Of a stretch of DNA of 64,000 bases, positions 13,201 to 28,094 are shown piece after piece (position 1 is the first letter of the stretch; each line of letters begins with the position of its first letter). Origin of the DNA: Octopus vulgaris. Its lineage: Eukaryota. Below the pieces are notes generated by a model that saw only the letters and a list, made by a program, of their open reading frames with translations, made no database searches and was not told the DNA's origin. A program made the translations under genes and the position numbers. The DNA is taken from assembly GCA_951406725.2 (NCBI GenBank), contig OX597826.1, positions 6,262,001 to 6,326,000 on the forward strand, written 5' to 3'.

Positions 13201-15957
13201 GTATTTGTGCTGCAATATCAATGGTATTTTACTATTCCTGCGAACAAATTTAATGAATAATTTTATGTGTTTTTACTTCTAGAAATCGAAATTATTTCTT
13301 ACTTAAGCATCAGGAAATATTCGCCTTAAAACGTAAAAGCATTTCATGTAATCGGGATTAGTTAATCCTTTGTAAACTTCATTTTTCTGTAGTCTGCGGT
13401 AACATATAAACTGACACCAGCGATGTCTTCTAGTGTACCTACACATTAATACAAATACATATACGCATGCGCAGAAATACTCACAAAAAAGACACACACA
13501 CTCACACACACACGCGCACATACACGTAATTCATATATCTTACCTATAATGCTGCTGATACTTGCACCGAAAATATTTTTGTACGAAATTCCCAAGACAA
13601 AAAAAATCAACAGATCAATGAAAATATTAGTAGAAGTATTACGTTTATTGCAAAAAGCGTGTGTTTGATTTTTTTGAATGAGAGGTAAAATAGTATATAA
13701 GTCTAGGTACTTATGTGAAAAACCAAAACTAAATCAGATTTTATGAAGTGCCACCAACTGTAATCTTGCAGTTGATGTGTTCTGTCTACGAAGAGAAATA
13801 TAACACTACCTAATGGGAAATCTGCTTTTGCTAAAGATTTCAAATCAAGATATATTAAGATGCTGAAGTTGTTTGCTAGTATGCATAAGATACATTTCCT
13901 ATGATGATACTAAACTAGAGTGTAATGGGAAAGTGCTAACAGAAGTTTCTATTCTGCTCGAAATAGGTCAAAAATATATTTACTGCTAGACTATTGAATA
14001 GTAACTTATTATTTTCGTCAAGTTAAACCAATTTTGATTCTCTTCCGACGTTACAGATTTACTTGCAACTCGTTAACTTTAGTAATTTCGTTGCTAAATA
14101 TATTCAAAAATTAGATGGAGAATTTGGAAATGTTCTTAGGTTGGGAGAAAAACTAACATTGAGCCAAATTACTACTAGAGTTATCTTCGGTTTCGATATA
14201 TTAATGCTGGATACTATGTGAAGCATGTTTAGAATTATAAAATTTGAAAATATTTTTAATGGAGCAGATAATTTCTGTAATATTACTGACAGAAACATCG
14301 ACTTGCTCTTCGGTATCAGTTTTAACGTGCATGCTAATGAGATATGCAGGATATTTTTTATGTTGTTTTGAGTTTTGAAAGAACGTTAAAGCTGGATGTG
14401 CTATGAATTCATACACGGAATCATATTTTTCGATGCAATTCAAACTTTATAACATGAAAGATAAAGGAGAAATAACTTTACTATGCAAACATTGGTGTTT
14501 ACCTGTCGCACAAATATATAGTGCTAGAAGCTACATCAATTTTCCATGTTGACTTTGCAGCAATTTGACGTAAAACTATAGCATTCGAAAATGTCAGCAC
14601 ATATGCACGCCCGCCCGCCCGCCCATACATAAACACTAATACTCACACATATACACAAATGCGTGCACACATTTATTCGTTACCACTTTCACTCTTATCG
14701 CACTACTAGTGCTGCGTTAAATAATCCAATATCTCCAATGCTATGAGTGGGAACAAAAACAGTAGTGCTATAGATGAAACCTTAGTAGATTATCAATATC
14801 TGCACTTACTGAATATTAAGCAGGCTACAAAGTAAACATCTCATGCACTGTTATTTGCGCCCAATTGCGCAAATAAAATCATGCCTAAGATAATGAAACG
14901 ATTACAAGTATCCTCAGCAGTGGTATAAAATGTACAAAATCTTCAGCATTTCCAAGAGATTGTTGAAATATTCAATATGTATCTGCTGACTTGTAATACC
15001 AAGGAAAAATGAAAGGAATAGCATGCTAGATTGGTTTAAAGTGTTGTGACAAGAAGTCTTGAGATATTTCCGTTATGTGAAAGGCAGTGTTGAAAAGGGA
15101 TCACGCACCAGCATCTGCTACTGTGTCTATGTACATAATATTCCACAAAAGAAATATCGTTCTTGATTTGCGAATTTAAAATTTAATTTAAATTCTATAT
15201 AATAATTCCAATCAAAATTGACTAAAACGTAGGACAAAGGTTTGGTTTTTCATTTAATACGATTTGGTCATTCATAAATGATGTATTCGAACATCTATTT
15301 TACAATATTAGTTTGGTGACTGTAGAAATCTAAATTGAAATTTGAAAGTATATAAGCTCGTAAGTATACTTAAATATAGATATGAAATAGCAACTGTGCT
15401 TAATTCTCTCTGTGAAGCAAAAGAAATAAATGTAAAAGATAGTGAATTAACCACGATGAAAGCTTATGTAGTATTATTAGGTGTGTGAAAAGCTTCTTAA
15501 GACGTGACGTAGATAAACATAAGTAGAAGCTCCTATAAGAAGATAAAATTTGAAGATTATTGAAAATAGCTAGGCATAAATATCAAGAATTATTAGATGC
15601 TTTCGTGTCTTCAACACATAGAGTTGCAACAGAAAATTCTGCTACATGGAATTCAATGTGGTATTTTATTTTCTATTTATAGATCACCGCAATTAATAAC
15701 ATATTGGGAGAAAATGCTCAGATAAATGAGAGTATGACATCACTCTGAAGCGCTACAATCGGTTTATCTGTAAACTCTCAAATCAAATTTACTAACTCAT
15801 TGCGAGCGGACTATTCGGATTTAAATGACAGGTGCTCAGCTCCATCAACATGCAAAACGGTTTATCCTATGGAAGTTCAGACGCACACACACACAACTTC
15901 GCCCACATATGTGCGTATTTATATACATATAGATGCATATATATATATGAAATATTA

Positions 15958-16007
<50 letters not shown>

Positions 16008-16010
<3 letters not shown>

Positions 16011-16120
16011 GCGCCCTTTTGAAACCTAGGGGGCTCATGGGCCCGGTTTCTCGGTTTCAATGGCGTATGTGTTCGCAGCATTACTCATTTTTGCTAGCTG
16101 AGTGGACTGGAGCAACGTAT
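16008..16120 (-). mobile_element. SINE fragment (family A-like core with a different tail)
   Basis: Reverse complement 'acgttgctccagtccactcagctagcaaaaatgagt...gaaaccgggcccatgagc'. Confidence 0.6.
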
Positions 16121-16423
16121 ATAGACATAACTGTATTGTCTCTATATATATATACACAATACAGAGGGTAACAATGGTAAAAATGCTTCCGAGAATATTT
16201 TCACTTTCCTATTTAGAATCCATATTGGAAAATTTGTAAATATGTTATTTGATGTTCGCCAAGAAATCCGTTAAATAAATCATCGACCAGTTTAGTATAT
16301 ATTAACTATCACAAATAATATATAATACAACAATAGAATGGCGATGCAGAATGTACAGTTGTGAAGTGTTTATCTATACACATGACAGTCTAAAATAATT
16401 GCGTTTTAAATAATCATATCTAA

Positions 16424-16780
16424 ATGTTGGTTTCAAATCTTGGTACAAAGCCTGCAGTTTGGGGGTAGTGGATAAATAAGTCGATTACATCGACTCCAGT
16501 GCTGAAGTTGTACTTATTTTGTCGACACCGAAAGGATAAAGAGCAAAGTAGACTTCAGCGGAAATTTATCTCAGAGCGTAAAGACTGACGAAATAACACC
16601 AAACAATTTGCTTGGCGCGCTAACGATTCTGCTATTTCACCGCCGTAGTTCGATCGGATTTGTCTTTCATAGTTCTTTGGTCGATCGATAAAATAACTAC
16701 AAGTTGATCACTGGGGTCGATGTAATCGAGTTGTCTGTCCCTGAAAATACTGGCTTTGTGTCAACATATGAAACAAACAT
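16424..16780. mobile_element. Head-to-head pair of diverged SINE family C copies
   Basis: Minus copy at ~16424-16647, then plus fragment 'tttgtctttcat...ctggggtcgatgtaatcga'. Confidence 0.7.
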
Positions 16781-17057
16781 TACCATATATAATAATCTGA
16801 AAATTGTTCTGTCACAGTCACTCAACCCGTGAGTAATTAGTGCGAAATGACCCGCAAATTGCACCAAAGATCATTAAGAAGAGAAAAAATCTCCAGCACC
16901 GAAGTACTAATTAAAATTAACTAAAGAATACAGGGGTGTAGTGAATAGAATATTGAGCTTAAACATGTGCTAATTAAACTCTCACCAGGTATTTAGCAAC
17001 AGTCTGAAAACAGGGCTGAATTAAATTATTAAAGCGTAACTAAAGCCAATTGTTTTA

Positions 17058-17128
<71 letters not shown>

Positions 17129-17230
17129 GGAGTAAACACATAAATGTGAAACAAGGTGGAAAAAAGAGTACTCAAATACCAGTGGTAGAGTAATATGCTT
17201 TATTTTAAGCAGCAGAAAATTCAACAAAAT

Positions 17231-17268
17231 CTGTTACTCTGAGTTTCTCGTTGCCGTTCATCAGACAG
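17231..17268 (-). ncRNA. Minimal type-I hammerhead ribozyme motif
   Basis: CUGU-CUGAUGA-ACG(GCAA)CGA-GAAA-CUC(A)GAG-UA-ACAG; helix I intact, A.A mismatch at the base of helix II. Confidence 0.7.
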
Positions 17269-17326
17269 TTTTTGCAAGAATGGAACCGATATATCAATTG
17301 ATATATCGGTTCCATTCTAGCAAAAA

Positions 17327-17364
17327 CTGTCTGATGAACGGCAACGAGAAACTCAGAGTAAAAG
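17327..17364 (+). ncRNA. Minimal type-I hammerhead motif (mirror copy)
   Basis: ctgt-ctgatga-acggcaacga-gaaa-ctcagag-ta-aaag; one mismatch in helix I. Confidence 0.6.
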
Positions 17365-17396
17365 ATTTTGTTGAATTTTCTGCTGCTTAAAATAAA

Positions 17397-17451
<55 letters not shown>

Positions 17452-17630
17452 TGTATATATATATATATATATATAAGACAAGGCAAAATGGTGGTCAGAG
17501 CTGTGTGAGGCAGGCATTTGTAGGTTTGTTATTAATAGGTTTACTCTGTTACCCCATTGGTCAACTGAGAGAAAATGAACGACCTAGCGAATTAATGCTT
17601 TTTCCGTCATTCCGTGAGTGTCGTTTCTGG

Positions 17631-17661
<31 letters not shown>

Positions 17662-19639
17662 CATAGGTGAACACGCAAGCACACACGCATAAACATACGT
17701 ATGTGTGTATGTGAGTTTGAATCTACGTGCACGCGCGCGTGTCTACAAGTTAAGGTATGAGTTAACTGTGATTTTGACCATCTGGTGCGTGGGGGCTTGG
17801 TTAAACTGCAGAATATTTTTTATGATTCCAGCTGTTTTACATGCTTTCCTTCATCGAGCTGGCTGGCACCAGCAATATTGAAGGAACGATTAGCTAATGA
17901 ATTTGACGATAGTACAAGACCGGTACGTTATTTCACCAAATTCATTAGGGTGAAAGCAAATTTGAGCTGATCACAGCGTGAACACAGAATGTAAAGCGTT
18001 GGAAGAAAAAGCATTAACAGTTTAGTGAACATACTTGTGTAAACCACCCCAAAGTGACTTGTATTGGTCTGGCAAGAATTATAGCATTTAGTAAAATGGA
18101 CTGAGTGAGTACAGTGAATTTGACATTCTCCACAGTAAGTTAAATGTACTCTATTTATTGCCCATTTTAGTAATTAATGATCTATGGAAGAGGAGGATTG
18201 ATCTGAAGATAGAAGCAGAAGGACTTATATGCTCAGCACAAGCACAAATATAGATTATAAGAGAATAGAGTTTGTGATGTGCGTATTTATCTATACATAA
18301 AAAGGACTCCATTTTTCTATTGAAAATTTAATTATTTAAAAAAATACTTACATACAAACAATCGTAGGAATATCTATGCAACACATGTGTATTCATACAA
18401 TGAAATTAATTCATCTCAATGTTGGTTTTTTGAAGCTTGAAGCATTTAGTCTAATTATAAACGTAGAATCAGTCAATACGGTACTTGTCATACATGCTGA
18501 ATGATAGGACGAAAAAAAGAGACGCGAATGTGTTAGCATTACAGAGCCTCCTCAAGTTCTTTATCTATAATACTTTCATTGAATTAAACGGATTTTTGAA
18601 GAACTTTGTCGATTGAAGAATAGACACACATGCTTGAACTACGCTACGGAGACCCAATGGGCATTTTGGTGATGCTCTTTTGGATCTGCTAATCGAAGAA
18701 AGGATGCTTTCCCCATATTTTCAACTGACCAAATGTATGAGCAATAAATGCTTCGATATTGCTCAATTTCATCAAATGAATGACCAATGAGCGATTTTAA
18801 AATAAGAAAATACTCATCCGCATGTCCTATCCACATCTTTTAATAATAACTAGCCGTAACGTGGATTTAGAGTGAGCCGCGCTAGCATATGTATCTATGT
18901 ACACAAACCAACACACGCATACACATATACACAAAAACACACTTACACACACATATATAATTATATGCATGCACATATATAAATTTACGCATTTATATGC
19001 TTGTAATTTTATTTCTATTGACGTATATGCGTGTGCGGGGGTGCGTAAGAGTGTGCTTCTGGATGAATGTATTTGTATATATGTGTGTGTGTATGTATAG
19101 GCATATATATTTTCCTATGTACATATATTTTACGATGGAGGACAAAACAAGTTCATGAAAATTTCTCGTGAAAATTTGCATGTCAAACAGTTTTTAGATT
19201 TATTCTCTAGAATCGTGACTAAGAGACATTATATAATAACGATTTTATGCATAAGAAGCTAGACTATTGTTAAATGATATTACCTACGGTATAATTTACT
19301 CGTTTATAACGGATATATTAACACTATGTACTTTTTCTTTCCCTTAAGCTTCTTTTGTTCAAAGCGCTGCACATTGCTTACCATATGAAATGAGCATATA
19401 AAAATTGATTTCGTTTAAAATCGTATAAACACAAACTAAAGAGAATGAATAAAAGACAACCTGAATATATTCCAAGTTAGCATATAATAACAGGGAATCA
19501 AAAGAAGTAAATATATCGATAATATACATCAATATTAGAAAATTTTTCACACATACATATACAGGCGCATATATATATATGTGTGTGTATTTGCAATGTG
19601 TGTTTTTTGCGTGTGTGTTTGATTAAGCATGCATATACA

Positions 19640-19689
<50 letters not shown>

Positions 19690-19719
19690 AAGAGAGATAG
19701 AGAGAGCGGTTGTGTATTA

Positions 19720-19750
<31 letters not shown>

Positions 19751-20547
19751 TATATACATGTTGGGTGTATGTATGTGTACGTATACAACACATATATACA
19801 TGTATGTCAATATATGTTACACGTATATCAATAAATGTATGCACTGTCTCTCTCTTTCTCCGTCTCTCTCTCTCTCTCTCTCACGCATAAATGCATATCA
19901 ACAATCTGTGTTGTGTGTTTATGTGTACGCAATCACATATATATATATATATACATGTATATTAACATCGTGTGTGTATGTTTGTGTGTACAAACGACAA
20001 AAACACTCAACAATTACCGTGGACTTTAAATATTTGTATTAACATAATCTTGTGTACATTTAGTCTTAATATGTTCCTGTACACTGAAACGTGAATGGCA
20101 TTCGCTGCGGGATTTTGTTTTATAAGGATATGTTTGTGAGTGCCTCTTCCTTCCTTCCTTCACTTTGCGTATAAAAGCTCTCAAAGCTCCAAAGGACATC
20201 AGAAGACGGATTTCGGTACGATTTCGTCTCCTCAGTATTTATACTGGAACTGAATTCATTGCTTGATTCAGAACTGCAATGTTTGCACATTCTAAAGCAA
20301 AATAAGAAAAAAGGCTGACTTTTTCGAGTGTTTGCATTTGATTCTTGGAGAGGTCGCATCTTCTTTATACCTCTTATTAGTTTAGATATTGCATTTGATT
20401 CCTTCTCGTAGGCAGTATCGTTATTTCAATGTTTGCTGGTTATTGCTCAATGAAAACTAATTGCTGTAAGATGAATACGTTTATTATTTTTTTCCTCTGA
20501 TTAGCCTTTTCCATAATATTCATCTTGATCTAATCTTCTTCCATGTG

Positions 20548-20923
20548 TTGCCCTCCGCCTTAGCGAAGCCGGAGTTATTGTTTTCTGTCGCGTTTGTTTG
20601 TTTGCTTGTTTGACCCTAGACCAGGTATCTCAAGAACCACGGGACTTATTTGAATGAAACTTTTAGCGATGTTTGGTCTCGTGGCTGACACGAACTCATT
20701 AGATTTTGTGATCAATCGGGTATCGGACAAGGATTCTAGATTGTTTTTCCGTTTTTTTTACTTAAGTTTTGTGAGCGGTCGGGTTCGTTTTTTAGTATTC
20801 TCGTTTGTGAGAGCAGTCGAGTTTATTTCAGATATTATCATTTTAAACATCGTCTTCGGCTAATCGTTGAGATAACGTTTGTGTTGCATTGGCGGAGGTT
20901 TGCGCTCTCTGAGTGCTCTTGTT
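20548..20923 (+). mobile_element. Non-autonomous Helentron/HINE (DINE-1-like)
   Basis: SubTIRs cctccgcc / ggcggagg, 5' hairpin, internal (gttt)n, 3' hairpin gcgctc-tct-gagtgc followed by tcttgtt. Confidence 0.75.
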
Positions 20924-21231
20924 TCCATTAGAATAAAAAAAATTGACATCGCGCTACAGTGTAAAACACATAAAGGAGAGGAGGTATTTTCTTGCACAAT
21001 TCCATTACTTTAACATAGGATTTTCCTTTTGAAAGGCTATTATCGGTGTTTTGTGGAGACTGCGAAAATCAATCATCTCGCTCTTGATATCCTTATAATC
21101 GCCAGTCCATAAAATTGCCATACGGGACGCATCTAGGAGATTGTCCGGGTATGGATGAACATTTATTTGAATATCCCAACGAATGAAACTGTTCATGCTA
21201 CATACCTTTGACATCCGTACGTAGATTCTCT

Positions 21232-21822
21232 GCCTTAGTCTAAAGACTTGAAAATGCTACTAGTGTTTCCCGTAATTGCGTTATTTCATCCTTACACAAT
21301 ATTCTCTGTTCTAGAAACTTAGACTAAATGATATCAGTGTTCCGCGTAATTGCATTATTTTACTCTTACAAAATATTCTCTGTTCAAGAATCTACCTTAG
21401 TCTAAAGAATTGAAAATTCTACCTGCGTTCCCCTCAATTGCATTATTTTTCTCTTACAAAATATTCCCTTCCTAGAAGCTGCCTTAGTCTAAAGACTTGA
21501 AAATGCTACCAGTGTTCCCCTCAATTACATTTTTATCCTTCCGAATATTCTCTGTTCTAGAGTCCGCCTTAGTCTAAAGACTTGAAAATGCTAGCAGTGA
21601 TCCCAAAAATTGCGTTATTTATCCTTACAAAATATTCCTTGTTCTAGGATCTGATTTAGTCTAAAGACTTCAAAATGCTACCAGTGTTCTCCGCAATTGC
21701 ATTATTTTTCTCTTACAAAATGTTCTCTCTACTAGAATCCGCCTTAGTCTAAAGATTTGAAAATGCTACCAGTGTTCCCCGTAATTGCATTATGTTATCG
21801 TTACAAAATATTCTCTGTTCTA
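21232..21822. repeat. Minisatellite, about 7 units of ~86 bp
   Basis: Recurring 'ccttagtctaaagacttgaaaatgctaccagtgttccc...aattgcattattt...cttacaaaatattctctgttctaga' at ~85-87 bp spacing. Confidence 0.9.
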
Positions 21823-22394
21823 TTGATAAATTAAAGAAACAAACCTAGCAGTAATTATCACAACACAAATGACACTCAGATCTAAACAAGCTACATAGCA
21901 ATGCTGTATGATACAAACATCGTACCATAGCCAGCTGCTAAGATTACAAATTAGACATAATTATCTATTGAATTGTAAATATTATGGCGTGTTTAATAAG
22001 TGTCCATCATGCAATTTCTAATTGTAATAATGACGAGGAATCTATGAAAATTAAACTTACATCACCAGTAAATTACCTATACATATTTCCATGGGCATAT
22101 TCCACAAAACACCTGTTTAGAGAGGCCTTAGTTTTTATTTTATATTTCTATAACCGCCTTCTGGGGTGTATGTAATTATTTTGAAGATAAGAACGAGAAC
22201 TAAGCTCTCACAAATTTTTAAAATATAATGATATTAATAATGATAACTAATATATCGGTATTGATAGTAATTATGGTTTATGATGGTGACGATAGGGATA
22301 AGGAAGATTGAGAGATTTATAAGGATATTTTACGACAAAAATTGTTTAACGGTAATAAATAAAAATGTTTTATTGATGAGGATGTGTAAAATAG

Positions 22395-23231
<837 letters not shown>

Positions 23232-23788
23232 TTCTGCTAAAGGTACAAGGCCTGAAATTTGGTAAGAATAGAATTCCATGCGGAATAGAGTTTCTTCTCC
23301 TTCGTTGGCTATTCGTGATCGGAATTCATCAGCATTCACAAGTCCAAGTTTGTTAAATCCTTCAGCATTAGCAGTATTCTGTAGCATTTCTTGTATTTAC
23401 CAAATATTCTGCCGTGTTTCTTACTACACTGTTGACGTACACCCATACACTAATCAGCCCACCTCAACCTTTACACCTCTTCGTGTAGAGTTAGTGTACG
23501 TTCGCTTTAGGGTGGTGGAGACCGTGCATTATCATCGTCATTCGTGTAGTGTTATCGAATTGGTTAATCTCCGCTCCTCTCCATTTCAGGATGGGTACAC
23601 TATAACGGCGTGCATCAGCAAATAATATCCGTACGTATATGTTTGCATGTGTAAGTCTGTGAATATTCCCGGAGATGCAGCAGTATAAACAGGTGTGTTT
23701 CTATAATGCATTACAGGGATGTGATGATATCGAACTTCGCGTGGTGTCTTTTGTCTTAAAATAGCTTGATTGAAATGAAGCTTACAAA

Positions 23789-24186
23789 CGCGTTAGTGGT
23801 TAGAGCGTCAAGTTTGCGATCGTAACGTTGCGAGTTCGATTCCCGAACTGTGTTGTGTGTTGTATTCTTCAGCAAGACACGATATTTCACGCTGCTCCAG
23901 TTCACTCAGCTGCAGAAATGAGCTCCGACGGCTGTAGAAATGAGTTGCATTATTGAAGCATGCCTGTATATACTCCTGCACCGATGGACATGTTCAAAGA
24001 CTTACACACACAAGCAGCCAAGGTGTATCTGCCCTTGCCTTTCCCTTGAATATCGGTGGTGTGGAGAGGGGAGATGGTATGCACGGGAGACTGCTGGTTT
24101 TCCTCAAACATCCTTGCCCGGACTTGTGACTAGGAGGGTAACATCCCAGGTGCTACATTATGGTCGTTCGTCACCGAAGATGGTCT
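23789..24186 (+). mobile_element. SINE family A with internal insertion/duplication
   Basis: A box 'tagtggttagagc', B box 'gagttcgattccc'; 'tgcagaaatgag/tgtagaaatgag' duplicated. Confidence 0.8.
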
Positions 24187-24434
24187 GATATATGTGCGTG
24201 TAAGTGTGAGTCCATGTATGTATAGTCACAGAAAAGAGAAATGCACTAATTTTGAATTTTAATGTAAGACTCACCATATGCGTGCAAATTTGCGCATAGG
24301 ATGACGTTAGCGATATTTTCTTGCATAAAGAACTCGAAAAATATTTTCATAATCTATTCTACATGTCGATTGCATTTTTACAAACCCATTAGCATATCTT
24401 TTCACAAACCGCCTCATGAAACCAAGTCTGTCTG

Positions 24435-24466
<32 letters not shown>

Positions 24467-24554
24467 CCATTATCTCACATTTTAACATACCGAACTACTT
24501 GGTAAAATTATTAATTATTGATTAAATAATTAATTAATTTTACCCTTTATTATT

Positions 24555-24790
24555 ATCTAGCTAGCTAGCTATCTGTCTGTCTGTCTGTCTATCAATCTAT
24601 CTATCTAGCTATCTAGCCAGCTACTTACTTACCTACCTACCTACCTACCTACCTATCTACCTACCTACCTACCTACCTACCTATCTACCTACCTACCTAC
24701 CTACCTACCTATCTAACTACCTACCAACCTATCTATCTACCTGTCTCTCCGTCTTTTTATCTACACGTTTGTCTGTCTGTTTGTCTGTGT
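24555..24790. repeat. Compound tetranucleotide microsatellite (TAGC/CTGT/CTAT/CTAC)
   Basis: Direct reading. Confidence 0.9.
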
Positions 24791-25702
24791 GCGTATTAAT
24801 ATATGCTTGTGTATATCAACTCTCTACACGAATTCGTCGACCATAACTTTTTCCATATTATGTGTGTGTGTGTTTATGTGTGAGTGTCTGAGTGTGCGTG
24901 TTTGTATGTGTGTATGTGTGTGTGTGTGTGAGTGTGTGTGTGTGTGTGTTTGTGTGTACGTGCATGGCTGTAAATATGCACGTGTGAGTTTGGGATGTGA
25001 ATGTTGTTAGCTGAAATTTGTGTAAAATGTTGATAGCTATCGGATCGAAATTCCTAAGTGTAAATGAAACTTCTTTTAGAAAGGGATAATCCACTTAACT
25101 GAGAAATTAAATTCACTAACAATTAAAATGCGATGCATAACGAATGCGTTTCAATATTGGGTGGTAATACTTAAATATATTGGTTCGCTAAACCTTTACA
25201 TTTCGTCCACATCACATTCTGGCGGTCTTGAATGCCTAATGTTTCAAAAGACAACTCTATGATATTAAAAATATAACTACAGACACTAATATCTACACAC
25301 GCACATTATCATGCATTTACACGGATATATATGTGAGTGTCTCTGTGTGCATCTGTGTGTTTATTGGTACAAATGCGTCAGTGTTTTGCGTGTGACTCAT
25401 ATTTGGTATACTGCTGTGAATCATATATACATGTGTAACTTGTTCTCGTGCATTCAAACCAATTTTGTTTTATACGCAAACACATTTTCCTATATACATC
25501 TAAAAAAAGGAGATTAAATTATATTTTACATTTCATATCAAATAGAGATGTTTTTTTCGAAATACCTACCTTCAAGCATCGAGTTGTAGGGATTCTATAA
25601 TAAATTTGTAATTTCAAGGTAGCATTAAAGTCATATACTAGAAGAAATTTAAGATGGAACTTGAAAAATTTTGATATTATAATATTTGTATTAGGTTGCT
25701 CT

Positions 25703-25739
<37 letters not shown>

Positions 25740-25772
25740 TCTCTCCCTTTCTCTCGATGCATACACAAGCGG

Positions 25773-25894
<122 letters not shown>

Positions 25895-26029
25895 GTACTC
25901 ACATGCAGATTTTTATATAAAATTTTATAAACTTTGCATTTATATATGAACAAATTCAAGCCTCATGTTCAGGTATTGCAGTATTTTGAATTAGCTTGGC
26001 TCTCGTTCAAAATTTTGCATGTTCTATTT

Positions 26030-26400
26030 GCGAGAAGAAGCGAAAAAATATCGAGAATGAAGCGAGGTGATATTACGATGTGGGGAAAATGTATGGTAAT
26101 TGTCTTCCTGAAACCTGTAATATATTACTACCTTGCATGAATCCGCATACCTGCCCACTTAATAAGGCTAGTATGGTTAGGAAACACTTCTATGAAGCTG
26201 AGGTTAAACATATTCGGCCATATAAGTGAACCGAAGGGAAAGATATAACGAGCTGCGGTAAAGATTGTTCAAAATATGAATGTAGGTGAGTAAATGGCAA
26301 ATATAGCAAATTATATCCAGGAATGAAGGACGGCACCGTAAAACATATCATGATGTGGAGAATCATAGTTAGATCTGGGCCATTGATCTACATAATGCCA
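26030..26400 (+). mobile_element. Possible decayed RTE-like LINE C-terminus
   Basis: KLRLNIFGHISE resembles RTE RRLRWFGHV; heavily degraded. Confidence 0.3.
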
Positions 26401-26754
26401 GCGGTTTGTGGCTGAAAGAACGCTCATCGAAGAACTGAACCAACTTTCTAAATTCAAAATCAGCTTTTCGCTTTAGATGTGAGCATTTAGAAGAGTTTCT
26501 GCTATCGAACTGGATGACAATTACAAGTTCGCTGATTATACATACAGTTTACTAAACCTTAGCATTTCCTCCACTCGGTTATCCTTGTTGGCCTCTTTGC
26601 AATCTTAGACGTGAACACACGACAATAAAAGATATTCTTCACGTAAATTTAAAGAGTTACTACTGTTAATCCCATTTTTCTTCTTCGAATTTTCTTCTTC
26701 ATTTCACGCTCTTATCTTTCTTTTTTCTTCTCTTAATTCTCTTATTTCTTCTTA

Positions 26755-26756
<2 letters not shown>

Positions 26757-26789
<33 letters not shown>

Positions 26790-27312
26790 CTTCTTCTTCT
26801 TCTTCTTCTTCTTCTTCTTCTTCTTCTTCTTCTTCTTCTTCTTCTTCTTCTTCTTCTTCTTCTTCTCGCCTTCTTCTCCTTCTTCTTCTTCTTCTTCTTC
26901 TTCTCCTTCTTCTTCTTCTTCTTCTTCTACTCCTTCTTCTTCTTTCCCTTCTCCTTCTTCTTCTTTCTCTTCTTCTTCTTTTCTTCTTCTTCTTCTTCGT
27001 CTTCTTCTTCTTCGTCTTCTCCTTCTTCTTCTTCTTTTTCTTCTTCTTCTTCTCCTTCTTCTTCTCGCCTTATTCTCCTTCTTCTTCTTCTTCTTCTTCT
27101 TCTTCTTCTCCTTCATCTTCTTCTTTCTCTTCATCTTCTTCTTCTTCTCCTTCTTCTTCTTCTTCTTCTCCTCCTTCTTCTCCTCCTTCTTCTTCTCCTT
27201 CTTCTTCTCTCCTTCTCCTTCTTCTTCTTCTTCTTCTTCTTCTTCTTCTTCTTCTTCTTCTACTTCTCCTTCTTCTTCTTCTTCTTCTTCTGCTTCTTCT
27301 TCTTCTTCTTCT
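26757..27312. repeat. Long (TTC)n/(CTC)n polypyrimidine microsatellite
   Basis: Direct reading. Confidence 0.95.
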
Positions 27313-27683
27313 TTTTTTTATTATTTTGTACATGCAAACAAGTGTGCGCTTCTAATTAGGACACTTTAATTTACTACTTCATATACTGACGAGGAAAAAC
27401 GCATTCATCTCTGACATGGCTTTCATCGCCGTATATATCTTTACCCAGAATTCATTTGAATGTCGTATACGCGAGGAAAAGTGCATTTGCGTGTGATGCA
27501 GCGTCATCTGAAAGTCATTTCTACGTTTCTTCATAGGATGTGAAAAGTGGAAAGAACAGAAGGAATTTGGCACAGGAAAAGAGTGACAACACCAGTAAAC
27601 GTTGACGTGCAGTTTTTAGCGTGGTGCAATATGGATGCAGTTTCTGTTTCTGCTACCGATATGACATCACCGGTAGCCTTACC

Positions 27684-27900
27684 TATTTCTTTACTACCCG
27701 CAAGGGGTTAAACACAGAGAGGACAAACAAGGACAGACAAATGGATTAAGTTGACTATATCGACCCCAGTGCGTAACTGGTACTTATTTAATCGACCCCG
27801 AAAGGATGAAAGGCAAAGTCCACCTCAGCGGAATTTGAACCTAACGGCAGTCGAGATACTGCTAAGCATTTCGCCCGGCGTGCTAAAGTTTCTGCCAGCT
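27684..27900 (-). mobile_element. SINE family C with perfect TSD
   Basis: 'caccggtagccttacc' duplicated at 27668-27683 and 27901-27916. Confidence 0.9.
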
Positions 27901-28094
27901 CACCGGTAGCCTTACCGTCGATTAAAATGCAAGCAAGGAACAGATTTGCGCTTAATCCTAAGAAGCGAATGACCTGTCATGAAACCAAGTAGCGTAACAT
28001 CTCTAACCAGTCACTGTCCGGGAGTCCACATAGCAGTTTCAACGAATCGTCTTGTGATGCTATATAGATGATTTACTGCTGCAAAAATGATTTT

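Larger units (their letters stand above)
17127..17398. mobile_element. Penelope-like pLTR fold-back (200-bp palindrome) in (TA)n
   Basis: Near-perfect arms 17198-17297 and 17298-17397 centred on 'caattg'; one HHR motif per strand. Confidence 0.75.

Noticed and set aside
21232-21822. CRISPR-like regular array
   Set aside because: Whole ~86-bp units repeat with no unique spacers, there are no cas genes, and the context is eukaryotic
23270-23625. 115-aa plus-strand ORF or pogo/Tigger-like minus-strand fragment
   Set aside because: Resemblance too weak; no DDE motif or TIRs seen
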